Assembly: GCA_024704765.1 (NCBI GenBank)
Contig: JAKMXF010000299.1
Location: forward strand, 940,556 to 1,004,555
Origin: Oopsacas minuta
Lineage: Eukaryota; Animalia; Porifera
Length of the DNA stretch: 64,000 bases
Direction of reading: 5' to 3'
Position numbers and translations under genes: made by a program. How positions within the stretch are numbered: position 1 is the first letter of the stretch; each line of letters opens with the position of its first letter. Positions 37,501-50,543 of this stretch are shown here, in pieces. The notes beneath the pieces are model-generated. The model was not told the origin of the DNA, did not search any database, and worked only from the letters and a program-made list of their open reading frames with translations.

Positions 37501-40500
37501 ACTTAAGAATGAATATAATGTATATTTTGTAAATCAATAAGATAAATTCCATCATAAGTGTGACGTCATAACTCTATAAATACAAGCGCTACAACAAAAT
37601 TTTAAGTTCAAGGTGATTGCCAAATACGGATAACCCATATGTAATCAATAGATTTCATGGCGATAAAGTCGAGTAAAATGTATTTATTGAAGAAAATTTA
37701 AAATTTCACATATATCAATGACGTCATAACTTGGAAATTTTAGGCCATATACTTGTTATGACAAGCTGTATTGGTTCCTTATATATAATAATCTATATGT
37801 AAATAATACATTTCATATGGCTATCTCACACCAAAATAGCTATTCTTTACTAACTGCCCTATTAAACCACTGTGCCTACGTGCCGCATGGAAGGATTCCC
37901 GAATAGACTCAGGGCTGTCATTTCCAAAATGGTGGTAATATTGAATAAATGACTAGGTAATCTCTTCCCAATAGTATGTATTAATTATTTATAGGGGATC
38001 AATGATATAGGTCATGCTGAAAAAACATTATATACAAAATGGTTTGTATCAGAACCTTGGATCCACCCTTGTAGTGCTTGGTTAATGGATTGTACAAAGA
38101 ATTGACTAGCATAAAGTGTATGTCATCAATCCCTAGGCTACCCAGGAATGTGGTAACATTCCATCCTCAAAATACTTTCTTAACAACATCAAGTGACCCC
38201 ATGTTCTACGAGGCTGGGCTATTTGAATCTTCTATTTATTCACATTTCAACTCTCTATATTGTATTTTAATACGAGGTTACAAGATCGCCCTCTGAAGTC
38301 TCCTAATCATCTTCTGTCTCCCCAGCTTTCTAACTACATCAATTGTATATAGTATCTACATAACAATTGCAATACAGTAGCTATTTTGAATAAGTTACTA
38401 GGCATTATTGATTTGTATAATTGTCATAATGTAAGTAGAATCGATTGATTTGCAAATACGTAATCAACGTGAAATTTATCGGTTTCGGGTCTTATGACCC
38501 TATTTTGAAAAGTTCCTAGACAAAAAATGAGTATACTACAATACATTATCAAAAGTGTTCGAAATATGGTCAAATGAAAATCATATTTTCGAAATTTGAT
38601 GCTATCACGATCTGGTAGTTAATAGTTGATTCGATGAGATAGGATTTGTTCATCGCGAATTCGTCGATAGCAGCTATATATATATATATATAGCATTTTT
38701 TGAGGGCATTATGTCATATCTCAGCGAAGTCACTTTATGCATTCTTCATACATTTGATTATCATGGAATCCTAAAGTAGAATTGCGTATTGAATATGCAT
38801 TACCGATTTGAGATACCCGCGAAAGAATAATGTAAATTGATAGATATATACTTTGATTGAGGCTTTTTCGGTAGGGTTTTGACCTCATTAGGATTTATCA
38901 GTTACCTCCACAAATTCATAAATGTCTGTAGGAAATCTTTGTAGCTTAATTCAAAGTAAGATGCATTATTTTATTAGCTATATAATTATCACTACATGTA
39001 CCTCAATATACTAGTTCAGAGTTGGAATCGGGTCCACTTTCATAATCCCACCCGACCGAACCCAAAGTGTAAATATGTGTCGATATTAACTGAATTCCTC
39101 TAAAATATATGTTTTGTTTACTTTTTAACTAATATTGTTCAACAAAGTTTTTCTATTGATGCTTTTTTTACATGGTGACCCTGAAATCATTTTGATTTGC
39201 GCATATTTGGGAATTACAGATTAAGGAGTATGTAGGATGTATGACAGATATTCCTATCCTAACTAATACTGTATTTAGTGGGAGAGAGTTTAATCCTAAG
39301 ATGTCTGCCAAATTGTTTTTCATTGGTCTCAATACAATTTATAAGTCCATATTCCTTGAATACTATATTCGAGTTTCATACCAAAATCAATTAATTTGAT
39401 AAACATTATTTAGTTGAATAAATATTTAGTAAGGCCAAGTATATTTTAGGTAATTTGCAAAATGCAAGTGGTTTTCATGTTTACTGAAGTTGTACAACCA
39501 CAATATGATCTTTTTTGAGTATTTCACAATCTAATACGTTCTTTGAGGAAATCTCTTAATTTTTCTGTTTATGTACATCTATTGGACCAGAATTTAATAA
39601 TTCAAAATTGCAGAATTTCTTATGTAAGCAATTGAGTCAATATGTTGAAGATGCTTTCGGAGAATTGATCCTACTAAATGGAGACCCATCAAGAAGATCT
39701 TTGAATGTTGTTGTCCAGCCTATATTCAAGTAAAATAGATAAGAAAACGAAGTGATATTTTCCTTAAAAGCTAATTCAAGGTTGTGCCAAGTCACTCACT
39801 GGTCATGTTGAAGATCCTTCTAGGTATATTCAACCTATTCTTTGCGACAATAGATACCGAAGAAAGAAGAATAATGTGTATCATCTTCTCATATCTTGTC
39901 AGTTTGCAAGATCTACAAGAGAAGTATTGGGCGGCTCAAATTGAAGAAAGTATAGTTACAACTTACCGATTATTTTGCTTGGGGACTAGGTACGTCGGAG
40001 AAATTTTCAAAATTATTTCGACCTGACATTACTGGTCATTCTTGTATCCGATTCAATACTGTCCAAAATATATTAAATTCTTTTAAGAGAATATTAATAT
40101 TGCTGAAGAAATTGGTGAAATTTTCTGCTTCAACGGGCTGAAAGGCCAATTCACCAGAAATCTCTGTTGATAATCTGCGTAGGAGGTCATTACATGCCCC
40201 TTATGGTTGTATGCATGTCCCAATCATAGACGATAATGAACATTTGAATTCAAGCAAGACCTTGCTATACAAACATTCTAAACCGGTCTTCAGTTACATG
40301 AGCCGAGGTTCTGTATCTCAAGTGTTGGATCTTCCACGAAGACTAATGACCTAAAGCATATGTGCGTCTACAAAATATTGATGGAAAACATAAGATAGTC
40401 CTTTTAAACTGCCCTTTTGCAGCCCTCATCCCAACCCAATAGAAAATCTGTGGTTCTGGATTAAATTTGAAATTGATTCAAACCTTTTTCTACTATGGGT

Positions 40501-42149
40501 GAACTTGAAGTAACAATTTTGGAACCTATTGAACAAAACTTTTGAGTTTTTTAATGACAATCAATTGCCAAACCTCGAAACTCTGTGATTTAGGAGAAAG
40601 TTTATATTTATTATTTATCTGTATGTAGGTCTCACCTTAACTTTCGATATTCAATAATTATATAAAAAATGGGACAGAGGAAGGCTAGGAAGTTGGTAGG
40701 AAATTTCATGGGCTATCTTCTTCAGTCTCTCTTTAATTTTACTATTTCGAGGTTTACATACAATATACTTTCAATAATTCGAGTACTCCTGCTGTGCTTT
40801 ACCGATTACTTATACAGCATAAGGATATTGATGTAGAATACATTGTAGATACATGTTAGCTTCTACAGGTACCGTAAATTGTTATGTATGCATTTACTCG
40901 CAATCCATGAAAATACATTCGAAGCTATTTCCTCTTACTTAGAAATACTCGCATTAAATTATAATGGCTCTATAATATGAGTTATGATCATTGGGGATAT
41001 GTTATACATGTTTGTAATTTAGTATCCTCATTAACCTGCAAACTATCCACTTCATGTAATTACTGCAATAGTAGGGTCTATAAATTGTTGATTTCATTCA
41101 ATGGACTCCGACCATACTTGAGTGCATTTTCTACCCAAAGTAAGGAATGGATATGTGATGAACTTCTTTGCTAAAATCAATCACTATAGATTCATTCAAC
41201 GCGATGTGCATATCAATCTTTTTATCTTATTACTCGAGGGGATATCGGTGTATGTTAAATCATTTGACTGCTGGTGTTACAGTCAGTTTTCGAAGATTCA
41301 ATTGACCTACTCTTTGAAAATTTGATTGTATTTCCATCTGTATGCATCCCTATATGTTGTAATGGGCGGTATTCACTCGAACAATTTATGTTATCTAAAA
41401 TGGAAATCTAAATAAAAGGAATTATTACTATTTCCAAACATATACAAGATGAATAGTTAGAAATTGTGAAGTATAGGGATAGATTAACTACTGTAACTAG
41501 AGATTCTAGAGAGGGGTGAATATTTGTCTCAGTTTGGTGGGGATTGCCATAGAAATATATAGCGAAACTCTGAAACTAGGGAGCAATTGCCTCCCTTGCT
41601 TCAATGCTAACTACGCCTATGGAGTAATAGAAAAATATATTGAAAGTAACTTGAGTAGTGTGCTGTATATATGTACTTGGTATACTTAATACAAATAAAA
41701 GTGAGAATTACCTGAATCAGATTTTCTTCATTAGATGATTTTTTGATCCCTTTTTGGTATTCCAGGATTACCTTGTACTCCCCCAATCATCAATAATGAT
41801 TAGATAATAACTACCCGGATGCTGTAATTCTACAAAACTACTTCTTCAATGTCTTGTGAAATGTGTAAACCAGATCTTTGAGCTTAGATCTTGATTTACC
41901 AGTTCTATGCCAGCTACCAATTCTTGCTCTACATTTATATTATACTTGCTTATTAAGTAATGCTATCTTATTCATATTCTGATTAACAGTTTTGATTATT
42001 ATTTGAATGGAATTGGATAGAAGCGATTTCCGAACCGTAATGTTTGATGACTTTTTGTGAAAGTTATCAACGTAGCATTGCTAGGATAATTTACTTGTAG
42101 CTTACCTTGGTTTTTAGTAGGAGAGAGAAGTTCCCTAAAAGAGGAAGTT

Positions 42150-42520
42150 CTCTAGATCTTGGCGACCTTCAATCGCCGTCACTCCAGAGAATATTGCAAC
42201 CGAAGTGTCGATAATCAAGGGGATAATTGTATTGCCTACCCATGAGCGATATGTGGGGGACTATTAATATCGGGAAAGCCGCCATAAATACTTTCTTACA
42301 TGATCACCTCGGTGTCAGTAAGCTTTCGGTCGTAAGAATCCCTCTATCTCTCTGAAATGCAATTGGAAGCAAGAGTTGAATGTTGCGAATTATGTTAACA
42401 AAGTTAAGGGAGGAGAGTCTAAATGCTCTCACGACATCCAAACATGTGATGAGACATGAATATGCCAATATGATCTAGAGCAATCGGAAATCTTCAATTT
42501 GGATTTTCGTAGCGAAGACT
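42150..42520 (+). pseudogene. Mariner transposase fragment
   Basis: Frameshifted RPSIAVTPENI, FLHDHLGVSKLS and (G/C)DET*I..YD motifs. Confidence 0.5.
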
Positions 42521-43071
42521 ATCTGAAAATTTTGCGAACTCGTAGTGTTAGGAATGAGATAGTAGCTGCTTATTCTATAAGACTGGTACAGTAGCCATAA
42601 TCAATCTTGTGGATCACTGTACAGTCAATGCTGATTGGTCTGATACTGATTGCCTACAGAAGGAATTCGATGCTTGGAGTTCTTGTCGCACTAAGACAGC
42701 CATTGGAGGTATTTGCTTCACCTTGATAATGCATCTACAGACTCGGCAGCCATAAACATTGGATTTCTTGCGAAAATTCGGTCTAGTTGGTTTCGTATCC
42801 CCTTTACAATCCAGATTTAGCAGATTGAGACTTACATTTCCCCAGTTGTCAAGGAAAAGATAAGTAGAATAAGCATCACAGTAGTGTTGATATATGAGTA
42901 TAAAATTCATATTATACAGATTTACATAAGGATGAAGATTGCGAATATAGAATTTAACTCTATCAATGTTTATGATGATCATGGAAGAGTTTGTTTGAAC
43001 AGCATACATGTAAATTTATAAAGTTACGTTTGTTTTAGTACAAACACATTCCATTTTGTTATACAAGTATG

Positions 43072-43256
43072 CAGTAGAGTCTTGTTAATACGAACACGGT
43101 TGTCGTCTAACTCCGGATAATGAGTACAAACTTTGGACACTTTATCAGACCCTTTCGATGCCTCTTCAATGTATATTAGTTCGGATAATACGTACTCCGG
43201 ATGAGGAGTACGAATTTTGGCAGTCTCCTCATGTACGTATTAACGAGAGCCTACTG
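43072..43256. mobile_element. pogo/Tigger-type MITE
   Basis: CAGTAGAGTCTTGTTAATACG ... CGTATTAACGAGAGCCTACTG|TA with internal TCCGGAT(A/G)A repeats. Confidence 0.65.
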
Positions 43257-45183
43257 TACTTGTTTTGGGTATGTTATTTTATATACACAGATCATAAACA
43301 AACAAACTAATATAAAATAGCCTGGTTGCAGCAATTTCTGGACAAGAAGATAATTGACTGTCTAATTGACCCCTTAGTCTTAAATCCTACTGAGAATTTG
43401 TCAGCCTGGATACGGTTATGGCTAATTCAACGAAAACCTAAAGGAGTATATGAGCGAAAAATTAATTGTTTAAGTTATCGAACGTGAAAGGTAAATATCG
43501 ATTGAATTCCTCACACCACTTGGCTAGCTGACTATAGTTTACTCATCCACATATCAATCCTCCAACAATATTTAAACATGATTTTAGGGGATCTTCCTGC
43601 AACACCTCCTAATTTTGTTTTTCTTCTATTACTTACAGATACATACTGTCATCGTCTGTTTGTTTAAGAAATATTTACTAATATATGGTTAAGATATAAT
43701 TAGAAGATTTGGGAGTCTTTACTTAGAATTGATCTATCATTTATACATTCTTCGTGCATATCTTTCGAAAATTGGCTAATATTTGCTAGGTTTAGCTACA
43801 ACTGAGTTCAGTTACTTCATGATGTTATCGTATGTTTCGTACGAAACATCACTATTTTCGTATCCCTAATATTTTTCATGATGCATAATACAATATGTAT
43901 TTAACTGTGATGTAAAATTTTTAAATTTGAATTTTCTACTATGTTGGATAATGGCATAGCGTTCTAAAGATCAGGTCTGTCACTAATTTGCTCAAGGGCA
44001 ATTAGAAGTGTCTATAATTTGACGGGAAATTCGAAAATCGCTGATAATAGTAAACTGGTACTTTTCAACGGAAAAGACGTATTATTCTTGATTTCATCAA
44101 ATCGCATTTTTATGAATATGTGACATCCAAAATCTTAACTCAAACTCATAAACGCTTAGATAACTTTACTGGACAAATTTTGTCTATTTTGTACATTCAC
44201 AGTATATTTAGTTTGTCTTCCCATATTTTGAACTTGAATCGACAATAAACTATTTACATGCTCTCAAAGTTTGAATTATAGAGTAGTATATTTTCTGATA
44301 ATCTGTCCAAAGATTGGGTGCCTCATACCCCTATCACTACATACATTGTCTACTTAAGTTCACATCATGTCTAATTACAGATACGCATGACCTTAAGATA
44401 CCCAATATCCAATTCTATCACCATGGACCCTGTACATTTTGAATGAGACATACATGCTACAGTTTATCTTATTGAATTTAGTTTCAATTTGATTTAGGTG
44501 GGATAATCTCCATCCGAACGTGAAGTTATTTTTAAATATTTACGATATGTAGTTACTTAACTATTAACTCTAATACAGCTTAACATCTATAACTTTGTCA
44601 AATGATGTGATTACATCTAAAGAATATTTATTATGCATTTAGAGCGATGCTTTCCTACGAACAATTTTGAAATGGAGGCCTATATTTTTCTATATATTGT
44701 TTTCTCCGTGAAAGCCCTGCAGTCAAAACTGGATAGAATTAAGGTGATATATGGTGTGAGAAACATTGAGGATATTCGCCGGGTGTGCTTTTTCCCTTTG
44801 CTAATCAATCGGACACCAAGTGCCATTATTTCACACTGGTCAAACTTTTGTCTGGCTTCTAGCAAAAGATTATAGAAGGAAAGGTACCAAAAATTTCACA
44901 CCATTCAAAAGAGAAATATTCTACACCTTCGTACTAATCTAGAATTTTTTTGTGTATTAGCTTTTCTATTTTCGTGGAAAGGTCATTTTTTCGGATCAAT
45001 GAATTTCACCTTTTCGAATGAGGGTAGGTGTTTTGTATTGCAAAATACTATACTATACTATAGCTCAGCTACTTATTGTTGCAAGTTTTCCCTATCATAA
45101 TATGGGCTTCAACTACGTTCAATTATGATGCAAAACTTCCTTAATTGCGCAATAATTTCATTGACAATTTGCAACCTTAACTA

Positions 45184-48100
45184 CACTGTGTGGTATAAGT
45201 TATGCCACAATATTATATGATTACTACCAATATTTCTTCCAACATTCAAGTCTTATTTGCCCCTTTGCTACATTGTATTATATGTTTGGGTGTTGTAATA
45301 CAGTAATATTTCTTCTGTGTCTATTATTTTAATTTAATTGTAATGGAACAAGATTAATCAATAATAATTTTATTATTTGAGGAAGGGAAATGTCCATTAG
45401 AAATATTCAAAATTCTAAAATTTCCCAATAGTAGAAGGAAGTAGGTATATAGAACTGCTAAGCGATATACGTAAACAGGAGGGATAATGACAAACCCAGG
45501 TCTTGTTGTCCACGCTCTGTTACCTCTTAAAGGCTTAAAAAGGTATTGAAACAACTGATACGCAAGAATCCCCGCGGTTCAATTAGGAAAATAGCCTCTG
45601 AACTTAAGATCTCTTGTAGATCTATCGGATGTGTTGTTAAACGAGACTTATAGATCCGTTCTTTCAATTGAAAGAGAGGGCAATATCTCTCGGATTTAGT
45701 AAAGGAAAAAAGAGTCGCGAGGAGAATGGGACTACTAAACCGGTACGTAATCCATGGTCTCGAATCTTTTGTATTCACTGATAAGAAATTATTCACCATA
45801 GAGGAAATAACTTCAATACGTTAGTCGGATACAAAACCTCTCTCACTGATGGTATGGGCGGGAATTCCGCAATTGGCCGGACACCACTCATTTTTCGCCC
45901 ACAGGATTGAAAATCAACACTCAGATCTACCGAGAGCTAATAATAAAGCTTGTTATAAAAGAACTGAGCCGTACAATGTTTTCTGGCAACTATTTGTGTT
46001 CCAACAGGGCGAGTGCTTCAGCTCATACTTCTAATGCTACATAAGCATGGCTTCGGGGCAATAATCCCAATTTTATTCGGAAGGAATGGCCACCCTACAG
46101 TCCTGATTTGAACCCAATGGACTATTCCATCTGGTCTATCTTGGAAACAAATGCCTGTTCTAAGTCTCACATTAATGTAGAATCATTGAAGAGGGCATTG
46201 TATGGAGAATGGTAGAGGATACCTCAAGAAACCCTACGTGCCGCTGGTGATGCTTCTCCCAAGAGATTGCACGCTGTCATTAAAGCAAAAGTGGGTATAT
46301 CGAATAATTATCTATAACATTGATAACACAGGCCTACACTTTTTAGTTGTATTGATTTTGTCAACTGATATATACTAATTCTGTGTTGTTGATTCCGATT
46401 ATTTAGTCAGTTTCTCCCTAATACGTCAAGTTATCTCACAATCCTATTACTACATTTATAGAACAAAATTGGTTTCAACCCTTACATGTTAGATTGGATC
46501 AATTAAATTTCTGAAAATATCAATATTTCATTCACTAAGATAATGATATAATTGTTACTAATATGAATGGAAGAAAGTGATACTATAAACATGTAATATG
46601 AGCACTATTCAATCTAAAATTTTTCTCTTGTTTGACTTTCTTGAATGTTGTTCGTTAGGACAATCTCTTTTTAGGCACCAACAGTAACCTGCCATCATAT
46701 GTGTGTCCCATCTTCCTTGATATCGCTGTTCCATCACTTTTATGTCTTGATGGAATCGTTCACCTTGTTCTTCACTCATATCGCCTAGATTATCCGGAAA
46801 TCAATCAAGGTGGTCTCTCAAATAATGAATTTTAATACTCATATTACAGCCAAGAGCATGAGAGCTGTCGACTAACTCTGTGACTAGTTCTTTGTAGTTG
46901 GATGCCTTTTTATTACCAAGGAAATTAGAAACAACATTAGAGAAAGCCTGCCACGCTTTCTTCTCCTCCTCTTCATTGAATCTTTGAAGCTGTTGTCCCA
47001 AAGTAACTTGCGAATCTGTGGACCTTCAAATATCCTTGCCTTTTTCTTCTCTTCACTGATTTCTGGAAAATAATTTCGGATATACTTGAAACAATATCTG
47101 TCTTTATCTAGTGCATTGATGAATTGCTTCATTAAACCAAGCTTAATGTGGAGAGGAGGTAGAATTATTCTATTTGTATGTACCAGAGGGTTATTAATTA
47201 CATTTTTGTCCCCAACTTTCAAACATTCTCTCGGAGGCCACTTTTCCCTTATCCAATGCTGGTTTCTATCTCTACTGTACCAATAACAAAGAAAACAGGG
47301 GTACTTAGTGAACCCAGATTGTTGTCCTAATAGAAAGTTGACCATTTTGAGATCAACACAGATGACCCAATCATGGGCAGAGTAGTTAATAATCTCTAAT
47401 TGTTCTTTCACATTATTGTACTCCTCTTTGAGTTTAACTGAATATCCTATAAGAATTGAACCGAATATATTTCAATTATGGAGTAGCACACATTTCAGAC
47501 TCCTTTTGGAGCTGTCAATAAACAGCCTCCAGTCACTTGGATTGTTGTTCGGAACTTCCATTGCCAGTAGAAGACCCTCAACATTTGGACAAAACACCAA
47601 ACCATTCTTTTCGCAGAAATGCTGTTGAAACTCTTGCTCCCTGTAACGATATAATGTTAGCTTTGTCCTTGATGGAGTAGATTCTTTTCTTTCAATCTAG
47701 ATGCAAGCAACTCAGAAGATTCTTTCGAGAGGTCAAGGTCACGAATTAAATCATTCAATTCCGCTTGGTTAAAGAGAGAAGGCTCCGAGGAAGGACCTTG
47801 AAAATCAACATCATATTCACAGTCATGATCATTGACTTCTTCCGAATTGGCACCATCTTCATCATCATAGAGTCCGAGAAACTCTGTGAATATTGGTACA
47901 GGTGGATCACTACAATGAGGGGCTGGTTGAATAACAGATTCTAAATTTGGGTAATTCAGCAGGTGTCTGTCACTCTTTTTGCAGCCCATAACATTTACCA
48001 TGCAGAAATAACAATCATCGAAATGATTTTTTGATTCTCTCCAAATCATAGGAATTCCGAAAGGGAGGTGTTTCTCTCTACCCTTACTCCAAGACCTCAA

Positions 48101-48675
48101 TAATTCTACACAAGATTTACAGACCTTATGAGGTGCCCAACTTTTGTCCTGGTCGCCCAGCTTAACTTTCAAATACGCATGGTAAGCTCTATTCACAAAT
48201 TCAGTAATATTCTGCATCTGAGGTTTCGGAGTATAGAAACCACAGATATAACAAAAAATGTCTGGAGAATTGAAACACTTTCTTTTCGACATATCAATAA
48301 AAAGAATAACAGGCTAGTTAAAACCCAATAAGCAAATAAGACTATTTGAATATATATACTATTTACATAATGTTATTGTTATAATATGTAGTCATGATGA
48401 ATTTTGGCAAAAAATCGAAATTTTTCTGAAAATGTTGCTATATGATTGTGAAAAAACCTGACGTGATAAGAAAAAACTGAATAGATATTCAGAATCAGCG
48501 CACCTAAATTAGTCTAAATCAGTGATCAAAATATAAACAACTGCAATATAATATTTTTTGTAGGCCTGTGTAATGAATGAATTTGGTATTCACTTGAAAA
48601 GTATCAGTATGATACTGTGCTTATTGGAAATTATATCAAAATTTAACCTTATGGTAGAACTCATGCCCCGCCCGG
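45184..48675 (+). mobile_element. Second decayed maT (DD37D) copy, split by a Chapaev3-type insertion
   Basis: Degenerate TIRs at 45184 and 48675 resemble those of the 52365 copy; WPPYSPDLNPMDYSIW at ~46087-46135; ~1.25 kb after removing the insertion. Confidence 0.8.
46327..48570 (-). mobile_element. Chapaev3-type (CMC) DNA transposon, complete ends, transposase pseudogenised
   Basis: Termini CACAGGCCTACA with ~120-bp degenerate TIRs and 3-bp TSD TAA. CDS 48292-46609 contains FCYICG, PFGIPMIWRE..DDCYFC, WRLFIDSS, CVDLK, PPLHIKLGLMKQF and SEEQGERFHQDI, with two frameshifts and one premature stop. Family name is from recalled motif/TSD signatures. Confidence 0.8.
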
Positions 48676-49455
48676 TATATTCTAGTCCTAATGGTCCACA
48701 ATATACAGGAGATGGAGAAATTCTTATAGCATATTCGCAATCTAAGGGTATCTATTACCCCGTGGCAATTTTTCGAACTGATTAGAGCAAATATTTTTGA
48801 CATATTGGTAGTTTCATATTTGTGCCAAAATTGACAGAAGTAGCACACCACTAGAATATTTGCACAAGAAAGGAACTCTGTGTGAAATCATTTGAGGCTC
48901 TAAAACAGATTCAGAATTTCTATAGTTGAGAATACGTCGATTTTTAAAAGATATTAATAAACATACAAAATGGTGCACACATGCTTCGAATGTGCCACTT
49001 CTGCCACTTGTACCACAAATAGTTATTTGAGGGATATCTTTGTATGCATAATCATATATTCACCATATTTCCATGATTTACAATTGTATATATTGGGGAG
49101 TGCAAGTAATTGTTTCGATTAATGTACTACTGTATACATATATTCTAGATAAATTAACAGAATACATATTAATTAACAAAAAATGCAAAATGTCGAGGAA
49201 AGATTTTTGCACAGCTTAATACTGCGAATCAAGTAGCTTAAAACGAACTACTAGTTTTAGCATTTCGTAATTAAAATCATTGTTGTTGCATGTTGTTTAC
49301 ATATATGCTTCTCAATAAATGAATTATAAGATTATACTTGTACGAAGAGACCTGATCTCAAAAGGTAGTATCTTCCGCAGTGCGAAGTTTGGGGATCGCC
49401 CCTCAGTTATCAAATAGAAATAATGAAGAAATAGGTTTTTGAATCAATGAAGTTA

Positions 49456-49938
49456 CAGTAGAGCCTCTATAAGTTGGGGCGGTTTGCCGGCATATCTACT
49501 CATAAGCACCATTTCACATTAAGAATTTGAAGTGTAAATCTCCTTTGAGTGAATATGTATAGCCACTTTCCAACAACTGTTTTTTCAACGATATTACATT
49601 AATATAATGGCCCCCTAAGGTTGTTGGTTGACTATGCAAATTTGTAAAAAGAGAATTTTTTCTGGGAAACCCAAAAATTTCAATTCATCATAGCTATAAA
49701 TATATGCTTTTCCGAAATTTAGCATAAAGATTGATTACTTATGATACATTTTCGTAGAATTCCCCATTCATAGAGGTAAATTTCAATGTGTTGAGCATAA
49801 TTTTTCTAAAGTATGCTCCATTCCCAACTCCACGCTTATATAGGTTTGTTTCTTTGGAAATGAATCATGGTGGACCAAAATTGCCCCGCTTATAGAGGTT
49901 TCCTAATTATGGAGCCTCTACTTATAGAGGTTGCACTG
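49456..49938. mobile_element. pogo/Tigger-type MITE
   Basis: TA|CAGTAGAGCCTCTATAAG ... CTTATAGAGGTTGCACTG|TA. Confidence 0.7.
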
Positions 49939-50543
49939 TAAATATTAGCATCAAACTGTCTGATACACATGTAGAGAATCGAAACAGCATATATCAAATT
50001 CTATAACATAACTGGAAATATAACTATGGCGTAACTTATCCGATTCTGTACTTTGATATAGTTCATCAATAAATAGCCATGGATAGTCATACTGTCAGCA
50101 AGTGTATTCAAGCAAAAAACAGATATTTCCCAATTTCATTGTAAAATTGCAAAGAATACAAATTGTCCCTACAAAATACATTAAGATAATGCAGCTTTTG
50201 AATAGAAGAGTAACCTAGTAATCATCTAGACAACTGTTCCCATAATTTCCCACCGTGGACCTCGTGTCAAAAACGCTGTGCAAACATTGAAATACTATAT
50301 GTATATTTTCGTCCGTGGGCAACCAATGAGTACACGTACATGGACCCCCTTGAAGGCGTCAGATTACCTGGACGGACATCATCAGCGTTGTTGTCCTCAT
50401 CGTAATTTTCTGGCTGATTCTTCCTGGATCCTATTCTCCGAAACCTATTAGCCTAGTATAGTGATATATCTTAATTCATCTCTTGTCTAAAGTAGGGAAT
50501 TTCCTAATTTATCTCCAATGTTTTATTGTTTATTGTTTATTAG

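Larger units (their letters stand above)
34585..37874 (+). mobile_element. Intact RAG1-like / Transib-superfamily DNA transposon (3,290 bp)
   Basis: Starts CACAGTGGTTTA and ends TAAACCACTGTG (12-bp perfect TIR core with the RSS heptamer). Perfect 5-bp TSD CCTAC (34580-34584 and 37875-37879). Single uninterrupted two-exon transposase ORF. Confidence 0.95.
33475..38071 (+). mobile_element. Decayed maT-type (DD37D) Tc1/mariner, split by the RAG1-like insertion
   Basis: TIRs CAGGGTGGCTCCAAAGTTCTGATACA (33475) and TGTATCAGAACCTTGGATCCACCCTTG|TA (38071). Removing 34585-37879 restores ~1.3 kb. Motifs FSDEK, QQD and WPPYSPYLNPM. Confidence 0.9.

Noticed and set aside
42614-43009. piggyBac-like Cys-rich tail (GCRVCRC)
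   Set aside because: Single short motif; no TTAA, TIR or catalytic motifs nearby.
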